The notes under the pieces were generated by a model. That model was not told where the DNA came from. It did no database searches and saw nothing but the letters and a program-made list of their open reading frames with translations. DNA of 64,000 bases from Scyliorhinus canicula. Its lineage: Eukaryota. The DNA is taken from contig NC_052152.1 in NCBI RefSeq assembly GCF_902713615.1, positions 86,937,228 through 87,001,227 on the forward strand, in the 5' to 3' direction. Position 1 is the stretch's first letter. Each line of letters begins with the position of its first letter. The position numbers were made by a program, and so were the translations under genes. Positions 12,621 to 26,739 of the stretch are shown in pieces.

Positions 12621-14129
12621 AACATTGAAATTTGTGCTCTCGATGTGATGTGTAATGGTTGTCCCAGAAAAAAAAAGGCTAGTAACCGACCTGCAAGGCA
12701 GTAGACAGGCAGTGGCATTATGTTTATTTAATATTACCAGCCCTTTCCACCGAATTAGAGTAATTTTACTTATAGGCTGATCATTGATACTTTTCATCCA
12801 GTTAAGCTTTCTCGGTCTTTTTAAAATGATTGTTGCACTTATTTCTGTGCATAAATACTCCATTCAGGTCCACATCTGTGTATCGTGTCCTAAAAGGCCA
12901 AGCTTTGCTCCTTAATTAAATAATTTGAGAGGGTATCAGAGAATACAGAAAATGTGGGCGCCAGAATAATGACAGGGATATTTCTTGTGAGTGAAGTTAT
13001 GTCCCAGTTCAGTATGTGAATTACATTATCGCATGTGTTTGTAAATTCGTTAAGTACTTTATGAAGAAGTTACCCCTGAGAAAATGGAACATATTTTGAG
13101 TATTCAATTGGGTTTAACTGCAAAAGGAGCAATAGCAACTTTGTCAGTATTCCCATCAGATGGACTTTGGAAAGGTGGATTGTCTGAAGCAATGGACATA
13201 ATAAAACCTCTTAAAACAGCTTACTAAGGTTTAGACTTAATTCACTACCTTCCCAAGTTTAGAACAAACTTTCACTGCAGTTAATATGAAATCAATCACT
13301 TTTCATTCCACAAGCAGAAGCTCCTTGCTGGAACAGGTACCTGTGATTAAGTCAAAAGTCTCCCCCTTTGCCCAGAAAAGTAGGTTAGCAACAGAAATCC
13401 TGAATAACCCTTTGGATCTTACTGGCTGCCAAAAACAACTTAAATTTATATAGCAAATTGTTCCACGACACTTAACAGAATCAATATCAATAAAAACATT
13501 TTTAAACAAAACCAAGGGAGATACCACAGCAGATGAACAAATGTCTCGTCAAAGAGACAGGGTTTTAAGGAGCGTCTTAGAGGAGAGACTGGTAGAGAGG
13601 CAGAGAGGTTTAGGTAGGGAATTCCAGAGCTTAGAATCAAGGCAGGTGAGCTACAGCCTCCTCTGACACATTGGTTAAAATCAGAGATGCACAATGAGCC
13701 AGAGTAGGAGTACGTATATCACAAAAGCATGTGGGGCTGATGGAGGCCTCCAGAAGATCTTGAGGTAACAAAAGCACAGATAAGTGTTTCAGCAGGGTTG
13801 GATAATGTGGAGCTGTAGGCAGTCAGTCTTGTTGATGGAGAAGAAATACATTGAATACACTGAGAAGTTATTCTGATAATATTGTCAGGATTAAACTGCA
13901 ATAATGTGATGCTCAAACAATTTATGTTACCGTAACTAAGAGGGTATCTATGTAGACTCAAATGTGTAACAATGGGACAGATACATCATTTGTTTTGCCT
14001 TTTTGGGAGATGGTTGTAAAGTTTGAGCTTAAACTTTAGAACTGAAGAGTTTTTGAATTTTTCTTCCAGAGGGAATAACTTCACTGCATCTACTCTATCA
14101 TCTCCCTTTATCATTATAAATATTTGATG

Positions 14130-14358
14130 GGCAGCACGGTGGCCTAGTGGTTAGCACAACCGCCTCACGGCGCTGAGGTCCCAGGTTCGATCCCGGCTCT
14201 GGGTCACTGTCCGTGTGGAGTTTGCACATTCTCCCCGTGTCTGCGTGGGTTTCGCCCCCACAACCCAAAAATGTGCAGAGTAGGTGGATTGGCCACGCTA
14301 AATTGCCCCTTAATTGGAAAAAATAATTGGCTAATCTAAATTTAAAAAAAATAAATAA
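14130..14358 (+). mobile_element. V-SINE short form with poly(A) tail
   Basis: Perfect 14-bp TSD ataaatatttgatg (14116-14129 / 14359-14372). Confidence 0.9.
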
Positions 14359-15139
14359 ATAAATATTTGATGAATCATCCATCAACCTTTTTAAATGGAA
14401 GGAAATACAAGACGCATTTATGAAACTTGGCCTAATAATTGAACCCTTTAAGCCCTGGCATAATTCTGGTGAATCTACACTGTAGTCCTCCACAACCTGA
14501 GGTTCAGCGTGCAAAACTGAACACAGTACTCCAGGTGGGTTTTGGTGAAAGTTCTAAAACCAAAGCACCAATTACTCACTTAGCAATTCTAACCCTTTTG
14601 AGATAAAGACCAGCTTTCCATTAGTCTTGGTGATTAATGTTTGTACCTGGTGACTTTTGGTGTGGACACTGAAACATCTTGACATTTGAAACTGGATGCA
14701 TATGGGTCTGGAGGCAAAGGAGGAAGAGCTTGCATGGAGAAACATTAGGACACGGACGTTACAAATTAGATCAGTAATGATATTGAATTTGCACCTGATA
14801 CTGCTTGGGAGCCTGCAAGTTAGTTAAATTGACAGTTTGTTTTCGATAACGGGGTAGATATGGTTTAGAATATGTTTCAGATGAGTGCAATAACAGGTTG
14901 TAATATTGTATTTCATTTTATATAATTTGCCTATCATTTACTTGCATGCATTCACCACCAGGAATGAGGAAGCCCCATTCATGGACATTTCCATGCTGAT
15001 TCTATAGTGAATTTTCCTTCAGGAAATGTAAAAAATGCTGTTTTTATGCATTTGGTATTTGATATGCAGAATCCTATCTTTCCTTTTCTTTAGGTTTTCT
15101 CATTGGATCATCATACCTTTAGGAGCCATTCTTTAAAAA

Positions 15140-15331
15140 ATGACCAGTCCTGCTAATGCTGAGGCCCAAATATCTGAACTGGAGCTTCTATTCAGTATGT
15201 TTCCTAATGAGCTTCTGGTGGATGATCAGTTGGCTTTCGCAGATCTCGGCGAGTACGCGCAAGGAAAGATACTGAACCCACCAACTTCAAGACTGCAGTT
15301 CACTGTACACCTCCAGCTGGATGTTCGTAAT
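15140..15331 (+). CDS. RWDD2B: RWDD2B first coding exon (MTSPANAEAQISELELLFSMFPNE..., RWD domain start)
   Basis: ATG at 15140 with an in-frame TAA at 15134. Acceptor at 15093 (alternative at 15122) and donor gtcagt at 15332. EAQxxELxLLxSMFP is the RWDD2 signature. Confidence 0.9.
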
Positions 15332-15444
15332 GTCAGTGCCACATTAAAAATGCTTATGTAATGTACATCTTTTTGGCTGTTTTGAAGAATTGTACATGAA
15401 AAGTAATATCCTTTGCTCCAATGGAATTACTTCTTTTGTTGCAG

Positions 15445-15512
15445 GAAGTTTGTGTTTTATCTTGTGCCTTTCCTCCAAATTATCCAGAAGTGGTACCAGA
15501 AATATCAACAAG
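15445..15512 (+). CDS. RWDD2B: RWDD2B coding exon 2 (EVCVLSCAFPPNYPEVVPEISTR)
   Basis: Acceptor ttgttgcag and donor gtaaag. The 68-nt exon holds the RWD YPxxxP motif. It is not in the ORF track in this frame. Confidence 0.92.
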
Positions 15513-16447
15513 GTAAAGTATATGTATGTCCTTACGGCAGATTTGTGCAATAGATTATTTTCAAAAAAGTAAAGTTATCGTTCTAACTAGCTGGTAGAAA
15601 AGAAACAATTTAAACAAAGCGTATTCAAATTATATTGGTATAACTAGAAATTGAATCTTCAGTTTCTAGTGTCAAACATTTGGGTTGCTATAATTCACAA
15701 GACAAGCTATTTTTGGTGAGGAACAGTTGAAGTTTCACAATTGAATTTGTTTCTTCTTTTCTCTGCTCTCTTCTTGTAACTTCCTATACCTTGGTTAAGC
15801 AAATTGTGAATATTGTTAAGAGGCAGCTCGAAGCTGTGTATAAATACATGAGTGGCCTGCTTTCAAAAGAATACCCTCTCTGGGAAAAGATGCTTAAAAT
15901 ATTCAGGTTAATAGGATTGTTGGAAAATTCCAGAACAACAACAGCTTTAATGTGCATGTGTGTAGTCTGTATTGAGAAGCAATAACTATCATACTGTGTG
16001 ATGGGAAAGGAAATGTTGACACGCGAGGTGAGTGGGATAGGTTCAGAATTTTGTGCTTAATTCATGTATTGGACGTGTATATTGTCAATGTTTCAGTAGC
16101 TGAAACTCCCTCTTTTCCTTAAAGGGTTGATCTTGGTCGAGGTTTTGCAGACAAGGCTGCAGCATAATAAACCTGCGTAGGTCGACAATGAAGTCCTCCT
16201 TGGGACAGGTTCACTGGATTCCACTTAGAGCAAAATGTTGATGGCTGCCATTCCAAGAATCTCTCCAGATCTGCCTTTTTGATTTCTTGGAGTTGTAGTT
16301 TTCCACTGTACAGTATTAATTGTTTTGTTATCAAGGAAAACCAGTAAAACCCAGGACAAATTCAAAACAAAAAAGCTGCACACGGAAATAATACTGAGAA
16401 TGATGAAAAATTAATGATTCTGTCAGCATCTGGAAACCCAAAACAGA

Positions 16448-16705
16448 GACTGTGTGGACTTTGTACATTCTCCCCATGTCTGCATGGGTTTCCTCCGGGT
16501 GCTCCGGTTTCCTCCCACAATCCAAAGATGTGCAGGTTAGGTGGATTGGCTCTGCTAAAATTGCCCCTTATTGTCCAAAGATGTGAAAGTAATGTGAGGT
16601 TACGCAGATAGGATGGGGGAGTGGGATCTTTGTAGGGTGCTCTTTCAAAAAGTTGATGCAGATACAATGGGCTGAATTTCCTCCTTCTGCACTGTAGGGA
16701 TTCTT
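16448..16705 (+). mobile_element. 5'-truncated V-SINE with CR1-type tail
   Basis: V-domain plus tail atgggctgaat…cctccttctgcactgta. Confidence 0.7.
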
Positions 16706-16873
16706 GGGATAAACATTTTGAACGTAATTACATAAGTTTTGTTAAAGTGGCTGCATCCAAGCTGTTCATCCAATGTCTTTCCAAATGTTGTTATACCTGC
16801 TGGGTATTTCAGCATTTTCTATAATTATGGAAAAAGTTTTGTATTAGAAAGGAACATAATTCCTCAGAGTTGA

Positions 16874-17344
<471 letters not shown>

Positions 17345-17599
17345 TAATCAGAAAAAGTACCATCAAGAAACGCAACAGAGCACAGGATAAAATATGAATT
17401 TATATTCCTCATCATGGTTTTAGGGAACAGAATTGTAATTTTTAATTTTGCCACTCCTGAGTTCCAAGAGATTTGCATCTCCCTCTTACACAACCATGGT
17501 TTATGTTAACAGATTTTCAATTTGGATTCTATTTGCTATAGTTCCTTTGGTTTTTATTGTACCCCCACAAGACACATATCATTAATATGCCCTAGCGAT

Positions 17600-18995
17600 T
17601 AATTTGCATCCCTATCTCCTCTCTGCCCTCTCCAAAGTCCCTCAACCCCTTCCCAAGAATATGCTGACTACTCAACTTCCCCCTCCTCATCTCCCATATT
17701 AGCTGATATTGTTAATCGTTCTCTCTTCAGATGTTGTCCCTCTCCTTTAAATCTACGCTTATCACCCTTCTCCTCATAAAAAAAATCCTTGACCTAATTT
17801 TCCTTGTGAACTACCGACCCATTGTCAACCTTCCTTTCCTCTACAAAACCCTCGAACGTGTTGTTATCACCTAAATCCATGCCCACCTTTCCATAAACTC
17901 CATGTTGAATCCTTCCAATCTGGTTTCCATCCTTGCCACAGTACTGAAATGACTATTAAAGTCACAATGACATCCTAAGCCACTGTGGAAAAAGTATACT
18001 ATTCCTCATTGTTTTTGCAGCCTTTGACATAGTTGACCGCACCATCCTCCTTTAATGCCTCTCCACAGTTGTCCAGCTGGATGGGATTGCTCTCACTTGG
18101 ATCCATTGTTATCTGTCTAATCTTAGCCTTTGAATCACTTGCAATGACTTTTCTTCCCATTCCTGCACTGTTACCTCTGGTAGCAAAGTATTTAGTCTTG
18201 GCACCCTTTATTTCTCATCTCCACATTGCCCTCGGTAACGTCATCCAAAAGCACAGTATTAGTTTTCACATGTTCATTGAGGACACCAAGCTCTACCTCA
18301 TCACCACCTCTCTTCATTACTCCACTGTTGGTAAATTATCTGATAATCTGCATTCACTACCAGGTGTGCAGAAATGTCTTGCAATTAAACACCGGAAAGA
18401 CTGAAGCCATTGTTTTTGGACTCGCTCCAAACTCCATTTCGTAACCACCACCTCCGTTCCTCGCCATGACAACAGTCTGAGACTACAGTCCATTAGCAAT
18501 CTTGGTGTTATATTGGACCTCATGGTGACCATCCAACCACATCTTCAAGCCATCACTAAGACTACCTATATACACCTAACATCACAAGACTTAGCACCCA
18601 TCTCAGCTCATTTGCTGCTGAAATGTCTCATCCTTAGCATTGTTAACTGAGAAGGTGGCTATTCCATTACATTCCTCGCATGTCTTCCATCGTCTACTCT
18701 CTGTATACTTGAGGTCATCCAAAACTCTGCTGCCCATGTCCTAGCTTGCAGCAAGTCCCGTTCACCTATCATACTTGTGCTTGCTGATCTACATTGGCTC
18801 CTAGTCAAGCATGCTTTGATTTTAAAATTATCAGTGTTATTTTCAGATCCATCCATGGCCTCGACCTTCACTTTATCTGTTGATCTCATCCAACCCAACA
18901 ACACTGTCAGATATTTATGTTCTTCTGATTATAGCCTCTTGTGCATCCCAAATCACTCCACATTTGGTAGCCAGGCTTTCAGTTACCTAAACCCA
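17600..18995 (+). mobile_element. Degenerate L2 LINE (RT region)
   Basis: Translated remnants (NYRPI, AFDIVD, ALGNVIQKHSISFHMFIEDTKLY). Continues after later insertions near 21700-22110. Confidence 0.7.
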
Positions 18996-18999
18996 AGCT

Positions 19000-19581
19000 G
19001 TGGAGCCTTTGACAAGGTAGACTCATGGTAGACTAGTACAAAAGGTGAAGTCACATGGGATCAGAGGAGAGTTGGATACAGAACTGGCTTGGGCACAGAA
19101 AAGCGGGTAGCAGTAGAAGGGTGCTTTCGTGAATGGAAGGCTGTGACGAGCAGTCCTGGGGCCTTTGTTGTTTGTGGTGTATATAAATAATTTGGAAGAA
19201 AATGTAGCTGCTCTGATTAGTACGTTTGTAGACGACACACAAATTGGTGGAGTTGCGGATTGTCAGAGGATAGAGCAGGATATAAACTGGTTGGTGTCTT
19301 GGGCAGAGAAATGGCAGGTGGAGTTTAATCCGAACAAGTGTGAGATAATGCACTTTGGAAGGTCCAATGCGTGTAGGAATTACACAATAAATAGTAGAAC
19401 TCTTGCGAGTACTGACTGGCAGAGAGAACTGGGCATGCATGTCCACCGATCACTGAAAGTGGCAACGCATGTGCATAATGTGGTCAAGAAGGCATGCGGC
19501 ATGCTGGCCTTCATCAGTCGGGGCATTAAATATAAAAATTGGCAAGTCATGTTGCAGCTGTACAGGACCTTAGTTAGGCTT

Positions 19582-19613
<32 letters not shown>

Positions 19614-20910
19614 ACATTACCAGAAGGATGTGGATGCTTTAGAGAGTGTTGCTCGTTTTCAATCCCAACAGCGTCGCCAATACTGTTGCTAATATTAATG
19701 ATAATGTTGGTGAACCACAAGCCTTCCTTGTATCGATCAAATGACCATACAACCAGTTAGTTAGTTCAAAAGATGGTTTATTTACATACACAAGAGTTAC
19801 CTCGACATGCAAACACAATATCTACTACGAGTTAAACTACACCTATCAGCTACAATAACCTATACTTAACTTCAGGGTGACCGGCACTGTGCAAATGGAT
19901 ATGGCCTTTATCTGAATTTCACTTGGCTGGTTTGAAGAAAGTGGCCCTGTCTCTGCTGGGCTCATCCGTCAGGTAGCGATCGTTGGTCTTGAACTTGGCT
20001 GGCTGTTCCTGCTACAGTCAGGCTGGCACAGGCCGGATCCAAAAGAGACAGAACAAATGGCTGTGCTCTCTTTTATCCCTCTGGGATTTCGCACTCTTTG
20101 GGGCAGTCCTTAACCTTGGACCCAACAATTTGACAGGGCTCTGAACACTGTCTTCGATTTCGGCCAATAAAAGGGCGGGTGGCTGGGCGGGTCCTTAGTG
20201 GTCATTGACCTTGGCAGTTGGGCTCTCCGAGTAAAGGGAGTGGCGCCGATCAGTCTGTCGCTGTAATGGTTTCTTGATTGTAGTTCTATTGTCCTGGGAA
20301 AATGGGCCATTGAAATGTAAACGAGCGGGGGTTTCGATCAGGCTTGGTGACCTGTGTTTCAAATACACATAGGCTCTGTATCTGTCTGAGTCCTGGGTTG
20401 GCCATAATTCCCATGGTCCTTTGCAGGTGACCATCTTAGATGGCTACAAGAGGGTACAGAAGCGTTTTACTAAGTTGTTGCCTGGTATGGAGGGCATTAG
20501 CTATGATAGCTTTTCACAGGAACGACAAAGGTTGAGAGGCAACCTGATGGAGGTCTACAATATTGAGTGGCATGGATAGAGTGGATAGTCAGATGCTCTT
20601 TCCTAGGATAGGAGAGTCAAGTGCTGGGGGACATAGGTTTAAAGTGCGTGGGCAAAAGTTTAGAACAGATGTGCGAGGCGAGTTTTTTACACAGAGGGTG
20701 GTAAATATATGGAACATGCTGCCTGGGGAGGTGGTGGGAGCAGGTACGATAGTGGCATTTAAGGGACATCTAGACAAATATATGAATAGTGTGGGAATGG
20801 AAGGTTACAGACTCTTGAGTGCAGACGGTTTTAGTTTAGGCAAATACCATGGTTGGCGCAAGCTTGGAGGGCTGAAGGGCCTGTTCCTGTGCTGTATTGT
20901 TCTTTGTATC
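19000..20910 (+). mobile_element. CR1 LINE 3' region interrupted by a solo LTR
   Basis: ORFs 19165-19692 (FVDDT, LYRTLVRLHLEYCVQFWSP) and 20563-20925, with the CR1 tail near 20870-20905. Confidence 0.85.
19647..20448 (-). mobile_element. Solo LTR (802 bp, ERV-like, 4-bp TSD)
   Basis: Termini TG…CA (tgttgctcg…gatggctaca), TSD agag/agag, minus-strand AATAAA near 19777. It splits the CR1 reading frame. Confidence 0.88.
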
Positions 20911-20924
20911 CTTCCTAGACTCTG

Positions 20925-21690
20925 AGAGGTGGCAAATGGAGTTTAATGTGTGAGGTGATTCATTTCGGAAGGAGTAACAGGAATACAGAATACTGGGCTA
21001 ATGGTAGGATTCTTGGTAGTGTGGATGAGCAGAGAGATCTCGGTGTCCATGTACATAGATCCCTGAAAGTTGCCACCCAGGTTGATAGGGTTGTTAAGAA
21101 GGCGTACGGTGTGTTAGCTTTTATTGGCAGAGGATTTGAGTTTCGGAGCCATGAGGTCATGTTGCAGCTGTACAAAACTCTGGTGCGGCTGCATTTGGAG
21201 CATTGCGTGCAGTTCTAGTCGCCGCATTATGGAAAGGATGTGGAAGCATTGGACAGGGTGCAGATGAGATTTACCAGGATGTTGCCTGGTATGGAGGGAA
21301 GATCTTATGAGGAAAGGCTGAGGGACTTGAGGCTGTTTTTGTTAGAAAGAAGAAGGTTAAGAGGTAACTTAATAGAGGCATACAAGATGATCAGAGGATT
21401 AGATAGGGTGGACTGTGAGAGCCTTTTTCCTCGGATGGTGATGGCTAGCACGAGGGGACATAGCTTTAAATTGAGGGGAGATAGATATAGGACAGATGTC
21501 AGAGGTAGGTTCTTTACTCAGAGAGTATTAAGGGCATGGAATGCCCTGCCTGCAACAGTAGTGGGCTCGTCAACATTAAGGGCATTTAAATGGACATTGG
21601 ATAAACATATGGATGATAATGTAATAGTGTAGATGGACTTTAGATTGGTTTCACAGGTCGGCACAACATCGAGGGCCGAAGGGCCTTTAC
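20925..21690 (+). mobile_element. Second 5'-truncated CR1 LINE
   Basis: ORFs 20946-21218 and 21240-21632 with a gagggccgaagggcct tail. Confidence 0.85.
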
Positions 21691-21758
21691 TGCGCTGTAA
21701 TATTCTGTCACCTCTTTACTTCACTTTACTCCTAAAGATGCTGCTCGAGGCCTACTTT

Positions 21759-21979
21759 AAAAAAAAATTTAGAGTTCCCAATTCATTCTTTCCAATTAAG
21801 GGCAATTTATTGAGGCCAATCCACCTATCCTGCACATCGTTGGGTTTTGGGGGTGAAACCCACGCAAACACGGGGAGAATGTGCAAACTCCACATGGACA
21901 GTGACCCAGAGCCGGCATCGAACCTGGGACCTCGGCACCATGAGGCAACAATGCTAACCACTGTGCCACCATGCTGCCC
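21759..21979 (-). mobile_element. V-SINE short form
   Basis: 14-bp TSD tcgaggcctacttt / tcaaagcctacttt. Confidence 0.85.
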
Positions 21980-22238
21980 TCAAAGCCTACTTTTGGCTGA
22001 GCTTTTAATCATTTGACTTAATATGTCCTTATGTGTCTTGATGTCATATTTTGTGTTAAAGTGCTCCTCTGCAGTGACTTGGGATGCTAATTATTTAAGG
22101 TGCAGTTTAGGTACTAAATGACTTATTAAGTATTTCCCTCAAAAAGAGGAAGTTGACAATGTGGCAGCAAAGGGAAAGGTAATACCTGTAGTGATAATGG
22201 ATCGGCTAAAAGAGGTACTTGAAAGGTTGACAATCCGC

Positions 22239-23030
22239 TGTTGTATCAATCTAATTCAGATACTTTCAATCAGTTTATTTACTTAAATGTTTTACCTAGG
22301 TGTCCTTTAATACCAAGGAGAACAAAGTACAAACATAGATATAAATTCACACACTCTATTTAACACAATAACCCGTATATCACCTACAAAATATTTCCTT
22401 GAGGTACCCAAGATTAGTTTATACTACCCGCATAGATGGCTTGGTAGGACTGTTGATGGCATCCATGAGTCCCTCTGGTCCATCGTCACAAAGGTAGTTT
22501 CTTCATCTTTCCATCTATGTTCTGGTCTGTCAAGGTCATCTTCCACATCAAGTCTTCGCTCCTGAGGTGTCCAGAATGCCTATTTTTTATCCCCCTTGAC
22601 TTCACATCCTTTTGTTACTTCCCGTGGCCTTCTGCTAATGGGGTTCCAGTATCCAATGATGTGATTGATGCCCGGTTGACAGGGCACCTGGGTCAAGCCC
22701 AGGTGTCCATCTCTGGTGGCGTTATTTGCGCATATGTCCTCACCAAATAAGGTGACAGCGGGAACTCTAGATGCCCGAGAGTCTGGCTCGTTCTGGGCTT
22801 TAAACAATAGATCGGTTCATACCAATCGGATCGATTATCTCTTGATGGTCGATTGACAGGGCAGGTCCGGACATGTCCTAGCAGCCTGTCTGATTTCCAT
22901 GTATTCAAACTTGGCCCATTAGAATTCCCATGGGGCTTTGTGCTGGAGTGGTTGTGGCTTGATTTGAAGTGCCCAATTTTTAAATTTAAAATACCTAAGA
23001 CAGGGTAATAGGCCCTGTCAGGTTATGACA
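22239..23030 (-). mobile_element. Solo LTR (792 bp) inside an old CR1 fragment
   Basis: Termini tgttgta…tatgaca, 4-bp TSD ccgc/ctgc, minus-strand AATAAA near 22273. Confidence 0.7.
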
Positions 23031-23376
23031 CTGCAGAGTAGAAAAGTCCAGGCGGAATATATCCTACTTTACTGAGGGAAGTATAGGTGGAAATTGTGGA
23101 GACACTATCCACAATCTTCTAATCCTCCTTAGATACAAGGGCTGATGCCAGAGGACTGGAGAATTGTAAATGTTACAGTCCTATTCAAACAAAAATGGCT
23201 GAGGCATAAATCTGCCAATACAGGGCAAGACAGCACAATAGCAGTGGTGGCCAACATTTTAGAGACTTTAATTCAGCACTTGGAAAACTAGGGGCTAATA
23301 TTGAATCTCAGCAAGGATTTGGTAAAGACAAATAGTGTTTGATTAAGTTCACTGAGTTGAAGAGCATAGTTCCTGA

Positions 23377-23742
<366 letters not shown>

Positions 23743-24376
23743 CTTATTTTGTGTTCATTATCATTTTTTTTGTAACAGGAAAACAATGTTCAAATACAAT
23801 ACAATATAACACTCCAGCGTTGTAACTAGCTACAGAAATTAGAAATCTAATTAGATTTATTAAAAATCCTAGTTATTGAATCATAGAATAGTTATGGTAT
23901 AGAAGGGAGAATTTGGCCCATGTTTGTGCTGGCTGAATAACTTTTTAAAAGAAAAATCTGCTTTGTTCACCTAGGAATCTCAATCTTACTGACTTTATAT
24001 GTTGCTTTTATTTGTCTTGTATCAATTTAGCAATCTTCTGATTGTAATCCTTAGTCTCCTATGGTCAGACGTATCGAGCAATGGCGATAATAGATGTGTA
24101 GTTAATGAATCAATGCCAGAAAGGTTAGATGGATTAAAAAACACAAAATGTGGTTCCTACCAAAGAAAACTCCTTAAAAGCAGAATTAAATGAGTGAACT
24201 GTGATGATTCTCAATACCTTTTTTCAGTTTTATTTTCAATTAACTGCCATTGAAATGACAATAATATTTTGAATGGTAACAATTAGAAGAAAAGCTACAA
24301 TCATAAAAAAGCTCTTTCATTTCATCACCCAGAACACGTGTCTAGGTTATGAAGAAACTTGACACTGCTACTCTGA

Positions 24377-24382
24377 AATAAA
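24377..24382 (+). terminator. Candidate RWDD2B polyadenylation signal AATAAA
   Basis: First clear AATAAA in the AT-rich stretch after the stop codon. ATTAAA variants occur earlier, so usage is not certain. Confidence 0.35.
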
Positions 24383-24459
24383 ATAATCAACAAATCAATT
24401 TATGGGCCATTTTTCAAAGCCACTTCGAGACTCTATAGATTGATAAACTGTGATTGTAT

Positions 24460-25194
24460 GTTTTTTAACAAACAATTTTAATGAGGTATTTTTGGCATTA
24501 CAAGCAACAACAGTATAAAAACAGTGTACAAAGAACAATAAACATAGTGCAAACACCGACACCTGTGCCTCCAAGACCCGCCTATTTAACCCCCTATTCT
24601 ACGCTTGTTGACAATTAATTCTCCGCAAAGAAGTCGATGAATGGTTGCCACCTCCGGGCGAACCCTAACACTGACCCTCGAGGTGAACTTAATCTTCTCC
24701 AGGCCGAGAAAGCTCGCCATGTTAGTTAACCAGGCCTCCAACTTCGGGGGCTTTGAGTCTCTCCAAGCTAATAATATCCGTTTCTGGGCTACCAGAGAGG
24801 CAAAGGCCAGAACATCTGCCTCTTTCTCCTCCTGGACTCCGGATCTTCCGACACCCCAAAAATCGCCACCTCTGGACTCATTGCCACCCTTGTTTTCAGT
24901 ACTCTGGACATGACGTCCGCAAACCCCTGCCAATATCCCCTAAGGTTTGGACACGCCCAGAACATGTGGACATGGTTCGCTGGTCCACCCGCACATTTTA
25001 CACACCTGTCTTCCACCCCAAAGAATCTGCTCATCCGGGCCACTGTCATATGGGCCTGGTGTACCACCTTGAATTGGATCAAGCTGAGCTTTGTGCATGT
25101 TGCGGTCACGTTAACTCTGCTCAACGCGTCCGCCCATAAGCCGTCCTCCATCTCTCCCCCAAGCTCCTCCTCCCACTTACGCTTCAGATCCTCG
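24460..25194 (-). mobile_element. 5'-truncated L1-clade LINE (ORF2 C-terminal CCHC region plus 3' UTR)
   Basis: CVKCAGGPANHVHMFWACP motif and a 14-bp TSD aactgtgattgtat (24446-24459 / 25195-25208). Confidence 0.9.
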
Positions 25195-25264
25195 AACTGT
25201 GATTGTATTTTAACAATATTTGGATACACACTTGAGCTGCCGTAACAGGGCGATAGATGAAGAG

Positions 25265-25790
25265 CTGGAAAGTGGGATTAACTTTTTTTCTCTTATTGTG
25301 TACAATTCTGGTCACCATACTACCGGAAGGATGTGGAGGTTTTGGAGCGGGTACAGTAGAGGTTTGCAGGATGTCGTCTGCTCTGGAGGATGCTAGTTAT
25401 AAGGAGAGGTTGGGTAAACTCAGATTGTTTTCACTGAAACGTGAGAGGGCGACCTAATAGAGGTTTACAAAATTATGAGTGGCACGGACAGAGTAGTTAA
25501 TCAGATGCCTTTTCACAGGGTGAAAAACTCAATTACTAGGGGACTTAGGTTTCAGGTGCAAGGGACAAAACTTAGAGGAGATGTGTGAGGCAAGTCTTTT
25601 ACACAGAGGCTGGTGAGTGCCTGGTATGCGGCTGCTGGAGGAGGTGGTGGAAGCAGATACAATAGCGGCGTTCAAGAGGCATCTTGACAAATACATGAAT
25701 ACGATGGGAATCGAGAGTTACGATCTTGGGAAATGCAGAAGAGCTTGTTCCTGTGCTGTATGGTTCTTTGTTTTTCAGCCTGTAAAAACA
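25265..25790 (+). mobile_element. CR1 3' fragment
   Basis: Similar to 20449-20910. Confidence 0.7.
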
Positions 25791-26739
25791 CAATGGGCTG
25801 AATGACCTTCTTAAATATTAACTGTTAACATCCACAGATTTTTGCCCAACCTGATGAGTATTTCCAGCATTTTCTGGACTGTAGATTTAACTGTTTCTAA
25901 ATAGATACTTCTTGGAATAAAAATGATACTGAATTAGTTTATTTTAGTCTTCTTGAAGTAACTTATTTTGGTAATCTTTGTTTCTTCTGTGCTCACTGCG
26001 CCTCGCACAAATCTCCTGCCTTCTCACTGGTCTTATCTACTGAGATCCAGAGCTTCTTGCCCAGAGATCAGCTGACCCTATGCACCTCCCCCTACCCACT
26101 TTCAAAACCTGATCTATCCTTCCTCACACTCCCAATTGCTAGTCTGACTCCCCACCACTTTTCACGAGACAGAAGTCTGAACAGTCCTTGGCTGCAGTCT
26201 TCTACTGCTGTCTCTCCGCTGACAAACGTCAATCTGTCAATGTGTCCAGCTGCTGAGTGGGAAACAGGATTTTAAAAATGATAATGAAGCCCTGCCATTA
26301 AATTCAGCAGGACAATCACATCCCTGCAATTTCTGGGTTTCCTCTTCAGCTACTGTGCTCCTCTGCTCTCTTGTCATGTCAGAGACCTTTTATATTAGTA
26401 ATAGATGGACTCTGGAAGGAAGGAGTTAGGGATTAAATATGCAACATTTTGTGTTGAGACTACTATTACCATGATAACCTACTCACTTCAATTGGAATTA
26501 TGCTAGTGGTTCAAAAATTTAAAAGCAAAATTTCCTTTTCTGTATGCCCAGTTTTCATTACAAAGAAAGGAAAGGGCAGCTCACATTTGCTGAAAATAGA
26601 ACAAAATAAACTAAAATGTAAGTTTAGTGAAGAGGCATGTCCACTGGCACATACCCTTGATGTTTTACTCAGAAAATAAATAGAACCATTGTGAACTAGT
26701 CCCGACATATTGGAAATTAGCCTTATTTTAAAATCTCTC

